A DNA stretch of 62,860 bases, filler included, from Octopus bimaculoides (Eukaryota), in assembly GCF_001194135.2 (NCBI RefSeq). It is 8 parts of 8 records of this genome, joined end to end, with 100 filler letters (N's around TTAATTAATTAA, not from the genome) between each part and the next. Parts side by side here need not be neighbours in the genome. Positions count along the whole stretch, not along the records: positions 1 to 17,836 come from NC_068981.1; positions 17,937 to 24,550 come from NC_068989.1; positions 24,651 to 33,717 come from NC_069006.1; 5 more parts are not named here. The stretch is one strand, 5' to 3'. Numbering within the stretch: position 1 is the first letter of the stretch; the number at the start of each line of letters is the position of its first letter. The notes below the pieces were generated by a model. The model was not told where the DNA came from. It did not search any database and worked only from the letters and a program-made list of their open reading frames with translations. This document shows, one piece after another, positions 14,121 through 27,300 of this stretch. A program made the translations under genes and the position numbers.

Positions 14121-15740
14121 CTATCATCATTGAGCATGCTGTAGTGGCTGCTACGCTAATGTTACTGTAGTTATTCCAAAATGGACGACTCTGTTTATCA
14201 AAGTTGCTTTTAATTTGATGTTTTCTTGGAATATATGTATGAATGATATTTTAATATTATGTATACATCTTCGCTTCTAATGATACATTAGTTCAGGTTT
14301 CTGCAAACTATACATGTACACACATCTCTCTTTATCTATCATGGAATAATTTCTGGTAAGAACGTTGCAACTCTTGTAATGTTACGATGTTCTGAGGAAC
14401 CAAAACTTGCGTTCAAAGGTTGTTTGAATTGATGTTAAATCTCTACTGGCAATTTTGTTCCTCAAAAGTAATCTGATGTAAGTAAATATTTTCAAACGCA
14501 TTAAAACTATATTGTTACTGTTCTTCTGGTAGAAGAACTCCGCTTGAATTAATTACTATATATAACGACTAATTTCATATCTCTCAATATTTCCTTCTTG
14601 AATGATCAGTGTGTTTTGAAATTATACAGCTAGGCTAATGTGGTTTTGATGTCAGAGTAAGGATTAGTGACTGGAGTTTATCCCTAGGAATTTATAGATT
14701 CATGATGCTATGCAATTGTATCCAGTTGTGGAAGCCTTGCAAATGAAACTTCAAGTGACACACATTTCCATTTATTGCAAGTCGATTAATTCTATGCTGT
14801 TGATAAGATTTATACTGATATTATTTTGAATACCACTTTCAATTTTATTTATCATCGTTATTGTTAGCATTGGTATTACTGTAACTGTTGCTACTATTAT
14901 CGTTTGAATATTAATTGCTGATCGTTACGTAATTCTTTCACAGCAAACATTAATGCTAGTTCTGGTTGAATATTAAACTAATCACACATTGTATACGTCA
15001 AACCATACAACTAATTCATCTGTCTCCATTTAAAAGGTAATATTGAATTTTTCCTAATGATCACAAATGCATATTTACAACATTTAAACATGTCAAGCAT
15101 ATCATTATGTACTTCTCTACATATCTTCTATGTTTATCTCTGTCTTTCATTGTCTCTCTCTCTTTCTCTCTCACTCTTTCTTCTTCTTCTTTATCTTTCT
15201 TTCACTCTATCTCTTTATCTGTCTCTCTATATTAGTCCCTCTTCCAGTCTTCATACCCTCGTATAATTTATTGAGCCATTGCCTGTAATAATACTATAAC
15301 ACATTTCAATAATAGCACACATAACCTTTTAGTACACATGACCATCCTTTTGCCCTTTAACTTATAACCATATGGTTTAGCGATAACTCCTCGTACATTT
15401 CAAATGCAACACATGTCTAGGATATAACCACTCAGTATTTTCCATTGCATTCGATGATATGCTTACATAATTCGAAATATAGAACGGCTATTTAAATAAC
15501 AGTATAATGTAAGGAATATGTAACCACATGGATAGATAGATAGATAGCGAGAGAAAAAGAGAAAGAGAGATAGAGTAATGTGTCGTTGTATATTCAGTTA
15601 TAATAAAAAACAATTCAACATTTACCAGAAGGACTACACTACACATTTGTAATATCGTACAGTGCCCCACGATGATTTAACTGGCTGAAACCACGAAGTC
15701 ACTGCTGATTATATGTTTGTTTAACAATAATACACGCGCG

Positions 15741-15772
<32 letters not shown>

Positions 15773-16308
15773 NNNNNNNNNNNNNNNNNNNNNNNNNNNN
15801 NNNNNNNNNNNNNNNNNNNNNNNNNNNNNNNNNNNNNNNNNNNNNNNNNNNNNNNNNNNNNNNNNNNNNNNNNNNNNNNNNNNNNNNNNNNNNNNNNNNN
15901 NNNNNNNNNNNNNNNNNNNNNNNNNNNNNNNNNNNNNNNNNNNNNNNNNNNNNNNNNNNNNNNNNNNNNNNNNNNNNNNNNNNNNNNNNNNNNNNNNNNN
16001 NNNNNNNNNNNNNNNNNNNNNNNNNNNNNNNNNNNNNNNNNNNNNNNNNNNNNNNNNNNNNNNNNNNNNNNNNNNNNNNNNNNNNNNNNNNNNNNNNNNN
16101 NNNNNNNNNNNNNNNNNNNNNNNNNNNNNNNNNNNNNNNNNNNNNNNNNNNNNNNNNNNNNNNNNNNNNNNNNNNNNNNNNNNNNNNNNNNNNNNNNNNN
16201 NNNNNNNNNNNNNNNNNNNNNNNNNNNNNNNNNNNNNNNNNNNNNNNNNNNNNNNNNNNNNNNNNNNNNNNNNNNNNNNNNNNNNNNNNNNNNNNNNNNN
16301 NNNNNNNN

Positions 16309-16351
<43 letters not shown>

Positions 16352-16694
16352 GACACACGCACACATAAACACACACGGACACACATACGCATATTTATTA
16401 TTTTTTATTGTTCTTTCAGTTTGTTTCTATTTCTTCCCGTGTGACTTCAAGATATCTAGAAAAAACTCACTGTATACATTTATGGGCCATTGGAGTAAGG
16501 ACACCAGATTGTTCATTTATAAAATCAGACGAAGTTATGTAAAAAAAAACATAATAAATTTCATGCGTGCTAATCATTCTCACAGCCACAATACAATTCT
16601 CAATAGGTGTTACGTAACAATTGAATTTTGTTTGCACTTCTTGCATTACGGTAAACAAGGGATTATTCTATGATAATTTCCAGTTCCTCTTATT

Positions 16695-16990
16695 CTTTGA
16701 AAGTGTTCCTATAATCACCAGTATTGTAACCACCTGGAGATGCGACATTGATTAGATTTCAGTGAGAATATCTTTATATTTTCTGAACTTGTGAAATTCG
16801 TTTGCCAAGATATTATGATCTCAAATAATACACATTTCGATCAATAAACACACTTTATTATTCTACATTTTCACGACAATATACCGCTTATTTTCTTGGA
16901 TCTGTTCGTATCCACTGCAACATCTCAAGCAAATTCCACATTTTCTCCCTCAGTTAAATCCGCATTGTGGTATATAAACCATTTGTGAAG
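16695..16990 (-). mobile_element. R4/Dong-type LINE RLE fragment
   Basis: HKWFIYH...EGENVE... and DHNILANEFHKFRKYKDILTEI*SMSHLQVVTILVIIGTLSKN match the SVKEFDKLSKYKDLEFEIEKMWHLKARTVPIIVSTLG motif at 59398-59604. Confidence 0.65.
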
Positions 16991-17157
16991 AGTTTTAATT
17001 TCGACATATTAAAAAGTGAAGGTATTGGCCAACTCTGTCATATCTCAATTTATTCTCGACTGAATATATATTCTATCTTCTGCAGCTCTGTCCGTTACAG
17101 AACGGGAGCAAAGTAATAATAATAGTAACAATAATAATGAATAATGAGTGGAATACT

Positions 17158-17318
17158 CTCTAGAACTTCTACAGATAGGTTCTGTGGGGCAGGAAAGATA
17201 ATCAGGAGGGCTTTAAGCACTTGAAAGACTATAAAAGATTTGTAAATACATAAGGCTACTGATAATAACTCGCATCTTACACATTATGGCAGCAATAAGA
17301 ATGAACCTGAGTCAAATC

Positions 17319-17367
<49 letters not shown>
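17158..17367 (+). mobile_element. R4/Dong-type LINE 3' end with (AAT)n tail
   Basis: LELLQIGSVG(+fs)GKIIRRALST* resembles the C-terminal LLQKxxLLGTxRIIRRxL, followed by about 100 bp of 3'UTR and (AAT)16. Confidence 0.55.
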
Positions 17368-17372
17368 TTAAT

Positions 17373-17665
17373 ATGGAATTACATGGTCAGGTGTACCGTG
17401 AAGCCAACAAATTATAAACCAGGGAGCATCATGAAGGTGGATCCAGAAGAGTGACCTAAAAAAGAATAGTGAAAGCCTAATCATCACGGCCCACAACCAG
17501 GCATTAAATACCAACTGAGTGAAAAAGAATATATACCACACAAGTGCATCGGACCTCTGCAGAATGTGTGGGAAGTGGGTCGAGAGTGTGACTCACGTTG
17601 TTAGTGCTTGTGAAATTCTTGCACAGAAAGAGTACAGGCATAGGCACGACAAAGTAGTGAAGTGA
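17373..17665 (+). mobile_element. R4/Dong-type LINE fragment (RT C-terminus and CCHC zinc finger) between two (AAT)n tracts
   Basis: ELHGQ...WIQKSDLKKNSESLIITAHNQALNTN*VKKNIYHTSASDLCRMCGKWVESVTHVVSACEILAQKEYRHRHDKVV: CxxC...H..S.C...Y..RHD motif. Confidence 0.85.
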
Positions 17666-17718
17666 AAGCACGTTATAAAAACAAAGCTACTGAACAATAA
17701 TATTAATAATAATAATGC

Positions 17719-17772
<54 letters not shown>

Positions 17773-17836
17773 TATAGACCTCGATAAAACAATGAACCCT
17801 AACAAACTAGCTAACATAAGAAGATATATTCTAAAA

Positions 17837-17936
17837 NNNNNNNNNNNNNNNNNNNNNNNNNNNNNNNNNNNNNNNNNNNNTTAATTAATTAANNNNNNNN
17901 NNNNNNNNNNNNNNNNNNNNNNNNNNNNNNNNNNNN
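17837..17936. other. Artificial scaffold linker (44N-TTAATTAATTAA-44N); also at 24595, 33762, 46606, 50276, 57386 and 60444
   Basis: An identical 12-mer carrying stops in all six frames, centred in 100-bp blocks, occurs seven times. Confidence 0.95.
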
Positions 17937-19652
17937 ATATATATATATATATATAATTTAATATTCATTAAACCTATTGAAATCGTCATGTCTCTTCTGT
18001 CATATAGAACTACTTAACCTTTTAAGTATAGTAATATCCTTATGTCGAGCAGATAGCATCATTTGGATTGCCTTCCTCTTAGGAAGAATGAAGCTCTACA
18101 ATTTCTTTACGATCAACAATCGACTTGGCTGATGTACAAGGAATGATACAATTATCTCACTTTTATGCAAAGACATGATTACTTTGAAACCAGGGTTGTT
18201 GCAAGAATAAGGAAGTGTTTAAAAAGAAGTAAGACATATTAGCTTTTAAAAGATTTGCTGTAACTGTCAGGACCCACTTTTGTCTTCTTATGTTTTATAT
18301 GTTAAGAAGCTATTTATTTCAATGCGTAAAATGAATTGAAAACAAAATACAGAAACAAAAACCTTAATATTTTAAAAATAAGATTTTCCTGACGACAACG
18401 TAAATGCAAAACAAATCAAATTCAAAATGAAAAACAATCAATTTATGTTTCGGGAAGTATTAAAACACTAATCCATGTTGAAGACAAGAACAAAAATATT
18501 AAAACATTAGGATACATGCAGCGTATATTGGATATTGTAGGTGAGAACACAGACGTATAGAAATATATATGATATATGCACGCATTTTTCTAACTGCATG
18601 AATAAAGTATATAATTGCACATACACACACATACACACACAAATTCATACGCACACACACACACACGCACGCACGCACGCATATATATATGTATATATCA
18701 AGACACAAACACAGACAGATATGTGTTTATGTGTGATGTGGTGTGTATGAGTGGGTAAAACCCGCCTTAAAAGAAAACGCATTGAAAAGTCTTCACACTG
18801 GTTTATCCGTGTGATTAAGATGATTGCTTTGTATCTTACTGTTTTGAGTTCGATACCAGATTAAGCAAATGTCTTCTACTATTTGTTTAGTTTATCGAAT
18901 GTCTTTTGAGAGAAACTCCTGGCCGGAAACTTCGCACTATCTCTTCCGTGTATTTATGCATGTATACATTATATAGAAACAAACATACATACATACATAC
19001 ATACATACATACATGCATGCATGCATGCATATATATATGTATATGTGTGTGTGTGCAAACATACACAAATATACCTGGCAAAAATACATACTAACGTACA
19101 TACCCACATGTTATGCGGACACACAAACATTACGTGTATAATTACAAGCATATATATACAAATACATGCATACATGAACGAATGAGAAACGTACTGTCCT
19201 TGTATCCAGAATATGGATTTTCATTTGTACCTATTCGAATAAGTGCATTGAGGCAGGCAGCAACAGATTAGCATAAAATACTGGGGTTATACCAGAAAGA
19301 ACAAAGTAGAATAACATGCATGCACCAAATACTATTGATTATTATAACAGTGAAAATTTGGAAACATTCCAGGCAACCTCCATCTTTGTTTTCTACAATA
19401 AAAGAAGGCACACAATTGCATGTGCATATTGTATTCACACAAGTTCATAAAGTATAATGAATCATATGTATACCTGTTTACTAAAGTGACATGCCAACGC
19501 GTACTTGAGTGAAAATTTATTCATATATGCATATAAATATATGGACATACTTAACTCATTCAAATATTTACAAATACCAGCAATAACTTTGGCTCTATTA
19601 TGTTGTTAGTAGTCGGCTTGAAGTCTGCGAAGGTAAAGACTTAACGAAGTCT

Positions 19653-19772
19653 CAAACGAACACACACAACCACACACATACACACACAAGTGTGTGTTTA
19701 TATATGTAGATACAAACGAACACACACAACCACACACATGCACACACACGTGAGTGTTTATATATGTAGATA
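19653..19772. repeat. 60-bp tandem duplication abutting the Tc1 TIR
   Basis: 19653-19712 and 19713-19772 are identical except for 3 substitutions. The second copy ends in the TA target of the transposon. Confidence 0.9.
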
Positions 19773-20956
19773 CAGGGGTTGGGCAAAAAATAATGGAAAC
19801 ACCTTAAAATTTCAACAAATTAGTTTTAATATGGGGTAGTACCGCCCTTGACAGTAAGTACAACTTGAATTCTACGAGGTATGGACTCGTACAAAGTTTG
19901 AATTGTTCCAAAGGAAGTTTTGTCCATTCTTCAGCTAAAACAGTCTCCAGATGTTGTAGTGATGATGGTCGAGGATATTGACTCCTTACTTGTTTTTCTA
20001 AAATGCACCATAAATGTTCAATAATATTGAGATCTGGGGGACTGTGGTGGCCAGATAAAATGGTCAACTTCACTAGAATGTTCCTCGTTCCATTCAGTAG
20101 CAACTTTAGCTGTGTGAATTGGTGCATTATCGCCCTGAAAGAATGCGTTTCGCACCGGAAACAGTTCTGCAAGCATAGGATGAAATTGACCAGATAAAAT
20201 GCTTAAATAGTCTTGATTATTAATTCAGCCATGAAGGGAAACCATTAGGTCGGTGGATTTCCAAGATATAGACCCCCCCTCCTGGATCACCACAGTTCCT
20301 CCTTCATGTTTAACAGTTAAAAGAAGACAGTCTGGGTCAAATGCTTTCTTTGGCTGTCTCTACACGTATACTCGGCCGATGGTCGGAGATAAGGGAAAGG
20401 ATGACACGTCCGAGAAAATAACATTCTTCCACAGCTCTAGGGACCAATTCTGTAGGTTTTACTTCACTCTATACGCTTTGCAACGTTTGTTTTTGAAAGT
20501 AGTGGTTTTCTGATTGCAGTCCTCCCGTGAAATCTGGCTTTGTGCAGCTCCCGGCGAATAGTATTTGTGAATACTGGGTTCTCGAGGTGGTCATTAAGCT
20601 CTGCAGTAATTTTGGGAGCTGTACTTTTGTGATACTTTGTAACAATTTGCGTAAGAGTCCGACGGTCCCTATCTGAATGTTTTGGTTTTCTTCCGGAGTT
20701 TTGTTTCAACGAGGAGGTTTTTTCCCTCTTTCTCAAAGACTATCATTACTTTCGAGAAGGAACTTCTTGATAGACCAAATATTTCGGCTGTTTCCGTTAC
20801 GCTAGCGCCTACCATAGGAGCACCAACAATTTGACCTCTTTGAAAGTCCGATAGATCTGTTATTTTAATTACCTTTTTCTGATGATATCTGAAAAGAAAC
20901 AGCAATTTTAGCAAGACATATTAAGCAACACTAATAATAAACCAAAAAACATAAAA
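19773..20956 (-). mobile_element. Tc1-family DNA transposon with degenerate transposase (about 19826-20863), DD36E spacing
   Basis: TA|CAGGGGTTGGGCAAAAAATAATGGAAAC terminus. Transposase reads (I)TDLSDFQRGQIVGA...GRKPKHSDRDRRTL...FSDVSS...QGDNAPIH...WPPQSPDLNIIEHLW...PY*, with frameshifts and stops. The other end lies in the gap from 20957. Confidence 0.95.
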
Positions 20957-21318
20957 ANNNNNNNNNNNNNNNNNNNNNNNNNNNNNNNNNNNNNNNNNNN
21001 NNNNNNNNNNNNNNNNNNNNNNNNNNNNNNNNNNNNNNNNNNNNNNNNNNNNNNNNNNNNNNNNNNNNNNNNNNNNNNNNNNNNNNNNNNNNNNNNNNNN
21101 NNNNNNNNNNNNNNNNNNNNNNNNNNNNNNNNNNNNNNNNNNNNNNNNNNNNNNNNNNNNNNNNNNNNNNNNNNNNNNNNNNNNNNNNNNNNNNNNNNNN
21201 NNNNNNNNNNNNNNNNNNNNNNNNNNNNNNNNNNNNNNNNNNNNNNNNNNNNNNNNNNNNNNNNNNNNNNNNNNNNNNNNNNNNNNNNNNNNNNNNNNNN
21301 NNNNNNNNNNNNNNNNNN

Positions 21319-21409
<91 letters not shown>

Positions 21410-23664
21410 TTCAATTTTTTATGTCTTTCAATTCCTCTCAACTGAGGAGTGGACCGATTCTGTGAACTTATCGATAACGAACCTAACCTATAACGATTAC
21501 TGGAAACAAATTTACTGTATTAACATAAAACACAGAATGACTATTGTTTATATCTGATCTTTTAGATATAATGATAGAAGGGATCCTTTCCTTTTGATGG
21601 GCAACTCGATTAATTAATTTTCTTTAACTAAACATTTTGAAACTTCGGATCCTGGTAGAATGTGTCATATAGAACATATTTTACCCGTAGCGTTATTGAG
21701 ACAAGTTTCTATTTTCGAAGTTATTTCGTGTTAAAGTTGTTATGTGTATAAATACAAACTTGTAACCATTTCAAATATGTTTGGAGCACATTCGAACCCG
21801 TAAGAAAGTCCTTCATTGTATATCTTCACAGAGTCAATTGCTCGCTGTAGACAAATAATTGTAAACACTCCAGGTCAGTTCCAAATTCCCTGAAATCAGA
21901 TTTAGAGATGCATGCGTACGACTGGCTTGCACACACTTTCCCTGAAACAAATTCTTACAAGGCATTGATCGACCTGGGGCTGTACTAGTTGATACTTGCC
22001 CAATGTGCCACACATTGCACTAAGATCACAACCAGCTTTATTTAATTCGGATAGTTTTACGGACACTGATATCGTTGTCTTTTTGTGATGGTCGGACATA
22101 GACGCGGAATTCTTGTCATGGGAAAAATTTCATTTCAAACAATACACATAAAACCTATACTTAAACACACAAATGGGTGTGGGTGGGTGAGGGAATCATT
22201 GAATCTTGGTGATGTGTCTTTTTATATGAAAGTGTCTTGTGATTCGACAGCTAGATATCGATAAAATAAGTACAGCGCTAACCTAGAATAAAAATTGTTC
22301 GCTATGTGGTCGTCAACAATCCTTGAAACTCTGAAACCACTCTGCAAATCCGCCGCCTATTCGTGGCTGTGTAAATATAGAAATATATTTGTGTGAGCGT
22401 ATATATATATAAACTCACACGCGCTCATATACGTAAGTATATATCACGTACTTACGTTGTGTGTATAAGCGTATGCCTGTATGGAGATTCTTTCAGCCAC
22501 ACTAGTTTAGCAATAAATATACGATTTGCCAATAACTTGGAGACAGTCACTACTATTTCTATTTGATTATCGATCAGCCTACTGACCTGCCCTTTCAATG
22601 GGATTCATCAATGACTATGACAGCTGGTCTACTTTATAGGAGACAAGTCGATCGTTGAGTGTCTGACTAGCATTCTCTACAATTTCAACTCCAAACTGTA
22701 GACAACAATGTCGCAGTGAAGAATACTGTTCTATTGTGAAAAAAGAATAAATAAATGAAGAAATAAAGTAAATAAATTACGATACAATTTCTATATAATA
22801 CTCGAGAAGAAAAAATAATGATAATAATCGTTAGTGTGAGAAATGACGCTTTATTAATATCGATTTTTTTCTAATTCTTTCAGTCGTGTTTCATATTGGA
22901 AAGACAGTAGACTGTCAAACTCAATGTATTTGTTTGTTCCGTATTTCTTACTCAAAGTTGTGAGTTCGAATCCCGTCAAGGTCTACTCTGTCACTAATCG
23001 TTCTTGAGGTCGATAATATTAGTATCAATCAATCGTATCGATTTAGTTCGTTCGACTGAACTATTTCCTTCTCCACAGCCACAATATATTCGTATACTTC
23101 TACATTGGGTAGGATTCAACATTAATTTATTTTCCATTGAGGCTAGATCTAAACGAAACATAAAAAGACAGAATGTCTCTGTAATTCTGTTGTGTCTGGG
23201 GAGAGTCATTCTTTCTGTAATTGTATTTGGCTATTAAATGTTCGTACCTCAGCGTTATATATTCGAATTTCCCGATATCGAATTTTCCATTTATTATGCT
23301 TCTCTTTTTGTATACAGTTTTCTATTATAATTACAGTTTGTGCTTTATTGCACGTCAAACCGTTCTTGAATGGATCGAGTGAAATATTTTCATTTTCTTA
23401 TTCTAGGAGACGATTTTTCTCTCCTAACCACTTGCAAAACATTAGAGACAATGTACACGGTGAATTGTCTTCGAGAATCCTTTCACGGCGCAGTGAAATT
23501 GCGTGTGAGACAGATACAAAGACATAGATTCATGAATTGATTTACACACAGGGGAGAAGAAACTCCGCAATCGAACCAATAATACGATGTCTACCTTTGC
23601 ACGGATGAAAGGCACAGTTGACTTCGAAAGGATATGAACTCAGAGTGCAGGGATCCGGCACATA

Positions 23665-23858
23665 TATTCTTTTCTACTCTCGGCACAAGGCCCGAAATTT
23701 GGGGGGAGGGGGCCAGTCGATTAGATCGACCCCAGTATACAACTAGTACTTAATTTATCGACCCTGAAAGGATGAAATGCAAAGTCGACCTCGGTGGAAT
23801 TTGAACTCAAAACGTAAGACAGACGAAATACTGCTAAGCATTTCGCCCGGCGTGTTAG
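23665..23858 (-). mobile_element. tRNA-derived SINE (family B)
   Basis: Reverse complement reads GCCGGGCGAAATGCTTAGCAGTATTTCGTCTGTCTTACGTTTTGAGTTCAAATTCCACCGAGGTCGACTTTGC..., with B-box GAGTTCAAATTCC. A second partial copy lies at about 23590-23650. Confidence 0.8.
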
Positions 23859-24516
23859 CTGTTACATGTTGTAGATAGGAAGATTTTCTAGAGGGCACAC
23901 CATTAAATTATTTCTGCTCAATTAACTCTCTCGTATGAGACAATATTTAATACCGACATTATGTTATGCTTTCAGAAAACTGTTTCATATGCCAATCTCT
24001 AATTAACAAATACCTCGATCTATTCAACAATAACGAAGGCGAACGAAGAGTATATACCCAATGTAGTTAACGCACACACACATACACACATATATAAATA
24101 TATATATATTCAAATGATTATACTTATCTATATATACATATACGTTTGTATATATATGTTACAACAGTTTGAAAATCTAGAAATCTATATGAGAGACAAT
24201 AGTATCACCTCTATTGGTCAATTCTGGTCACGTAAATATTTTGACATCACCGTTTCACCAAAATGCTCTCGTGGTCAAGTTGAATCAATGAAAATTTGGA
24301 TATTCTGACCGAAAACACATCTTTGAATTTCTCTACTTTGGCTTCATATACCTAAGGACGCAGATGTACATCGTGTGCGCAGATTTACATCATGTCTGCA
24401 TGAAATATGTATACTTATATCAACATATATCGATAATTATACATGCATATAGGCATTAAGTATGCGTACATGAACACGTATGTGTTTGTGTGTCTGTGTG
24501 CACGAATCTGGATATG

Positions 24517-24550
<34 letters not shown>

Positions 24551-25131
24551 NNNNNNNNNNNNNNNNNNNNNNNNNNNNNNNNNNNNNNNNNNNNTTAATT
24601 AATTAANNNNNNNNNNNNNNNNNNNNNNNNNNNNNNNNNNNNNNNNNNNNATATATATATATATATATATATATATAACACCATGCCCATATGTTTTCCT
24701 CTTATCGTTTACATTGTATACAGTTTCTGTACGTTATATGGTTCCATTCACAAATATATACACACTCAAACATTCATCATTTCGTCACACAGATATACTG
24801 GTTCACTATTATCTCCTCTGTTTCTCTGTATTCTGTAGTTTCCGTTTAAACACACGCGTTTAAAAGATGAAAAACAAAAAAAAAATGTCTAACTTTCACT
24901 GGTTTGAACTCAGATCATGTCAAAAGCCGAAAAAGGTCTTACCAATAAAGTTTCTGGCTTTTTTTAATAGGAATTCGCAGAAACATTACTTAGTTAAACA
25001 ATCTGGACAAAGTTGGAAAAGACTTGTGCAATCAAGAAAGAATTGGAAAAACATTGTGATTAGCGATGTCTAACGAAACCCGATAGCATTGTCGATACAA
25101 GTATATAAATACATACATTCATTGAGTAATT

Positions 25132-25262
25132 TACTTGTTTCAGTTATCTGACTGCGCGGCCATGCTGGAGCACCACCTTTCGTCGAACGAATTGACCCTA
25201 TGACTAATTGTTTGTAAGCCTGGTACTTATTCTATCGGTCTGTCTTTGCCGAGCCGCTGAGT
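25132..25262 (-). mobile_element. SINE family A, 3' fragment
   Basis: CTTGTTTCAGT..GACTGCG(CG)GCCATGCTGGAGCACC...GGTACTTATTCTATCGGTC...GCCGAGCCGCTGAGTT, homologous to 28690-28830. Confidence 0.8.
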
Positions 25263-25267
25263 TGCTA

Positions 25268-25333
<66 letters not shown>

Positions 25334-25494
25334 CTCTAGAAAAATATATACGTGTTTCCGTCAAGTGGTTTCCTTTAACCCAATATATATTCTACACGCT
25401 ATTATTAATAGCTTTATCTACTTCGAGTTCTACCGTTTAAAAAACGATTCATTTCGTATCTCTCAAACTTATTATATACACTTATGATGCCAAC

Positions 25495-25533
<39 letters not shown>

Positions 25534-25647
25534 NNNNNNNNNNNNNNNNNNNNNNNNNNNNNNNNNNNNNNNNNNNNNNNNNNNNNNNNNNNNNNNNNNN
25601 NNNNNNNNNNNNNNNNNNNNNNNNNNNNNNNNNNNNNNNNNNNNNNN

Positions 25648-25698
<51 letters not shown>

Positions 25699-26348
25699 AC
25701 GAATGTTTATGCTAGTGTAGAAGGATAATAAATATTTCCTATATAACCAGTATCTGTGCCAACGGAACTAATCACTCATTGACAGATGTTGATGATGAAA
25801 CGGCAAGACTAATTAAATATTACTTACACCACTTCAGAACATAAAACAAACAATATCCATCGTTCTGACATGTTATTAATCGGATTAGTATATTATGGTT
25901 AAGAATTATATATGTATATGTGCATAAGTGGATGGGGGTGAGGATGTAAGGTAAACTTATGATCATGTGTTCTTTACGTAAGCATAGTCCTTGATTCTTT
26001 TTGAAAAGCCGACAATGTTATTACAACACATGTATTTTTTTGACCACAAAATCAAATACGTCAGCTGTAATTAGCTGTAATGCCATATTGTCTAATTTTT
26101 ATAGCGATTCTGTACATACGTACGTACGTACATACATACATAGATATGTACATACGTACGTACGTATGTATGTACGTACGTACATAGACATGCACAGAAA
26201 TATACAGAAATACGTACACATATGTATGCATGTATTTTCATACATATATAAATGTACATATAATATACGTACACAGAAATTATATATATATATATATATA
26301 CACATATATACACACACACTCACGAATACATGTATTTTCAGAGACAAA

Positions 26349-26393
<45 letters not shown>

Positions 26394-26579
26394 TACAAAT
26401 ACATTTATTTTCACAGACACACACTATANNNNNNNNNNNNNNNNNNNNNNNNNNNNNNNNNNNNNNNNNNNNNNNNNNNNNNNNNNNNNNNNNNNNNNNN
26501 NNNNNNNNNNNNNNNNNNNNNNNNNNNNNNNNNNNNNNNNNNNNNNNNNNNNNNNNNNNNNNNNNNNNNNNNNNNNAGA

Positions 26580-26645
<66 letters not shown>

Positions 26646-26922
26646 GAGAGAAATTTGTTTTATGTTGTCAGTCTCACATTCCGTCTAATATTCTGCTAAT
26701 TCACTTTCATCGTTGTATATATTCGCGGATACGACTTTCCAGACAACGCCATCCATCGCCACAGAACTTTATAAAATACAAAACGGATCAAGAAATGAAA
26801 TGACAGCGACACATCTGTACGTCATTGGATTTAAGCGACAAAAGCTTATAAACCACTTTCGCCAGTCTCTCAATCACCATAGAAGGTTCCAGTGACAAGC
26901 ATTACAAGATAACTGCTACTAA

Positions 26923-27300
26923 TTTGACTACAAGTCTTACGTCACAGTATCTTTCAATCATTAGAAGAACCAATAACCAATGGTACACGCCACAACCCCA
27001 ATAAAATAACACTTTCTGTCCATAAACGTATTGAGACCGTGGTGCTATCTTACGCTTGGTCGGGTCGTTGATGGCTTTCCTTATCAGTTTGTACACTCCA
27101 TGGATATGACTGGTACCATTTTGACTACAAGTTTTATGTCTGAATATCTTTCTCCTAGAACTAATAACCAATGGTACAAGCCACAACCTCAATAAAATAA
27201 ATCTTTCTCTTCATAAATTTACTGGGACTGTGGTGCTATCTTACGCGAGGTTGGGTCGATGATGGCTTTCTTTATTAGTTTGTACACTCCATGGATGTAA
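26923..27300. repeat. Diverged tandem duplication, two units of about 191-197 bp
   Basis: Anchors TTTGACTACAAGT at 26923/27120, AATAACCAATGGTAC at 26972/27163 and GTACACTCCATGGAT at 27091/27282. Confidence 0.9.

Noticed and set aside
13820-14150. Hydrophobic plus-strand frame resembling a GPCR (PILYIISFLSSGPLC...YSYIILFGILIC)
   Set aside because: It is the antisense of the Dong-like relic. AT-rich antisense frames are hydrophobic by composition.
14780-14990. Protocadherin or glutamate-receptor-like reading (ELALMFAVKE..., IIVATVTVIPMLTITMI) on the minus strand
   Set aside because: No cadherin DxNDN/LDRE motifs and many stops. The adjacent downstream sequence on the same strand is R4/Dong-like, so a decayed LINE is the simpler explanation.
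17881-17892. TTAATTAATTAA recurring seven times as a possible conserved motif
   Set aside because: Always centred in 44N+12+44N blocks. It is a synthetic six-frame-stop scaffold linker, not biology.
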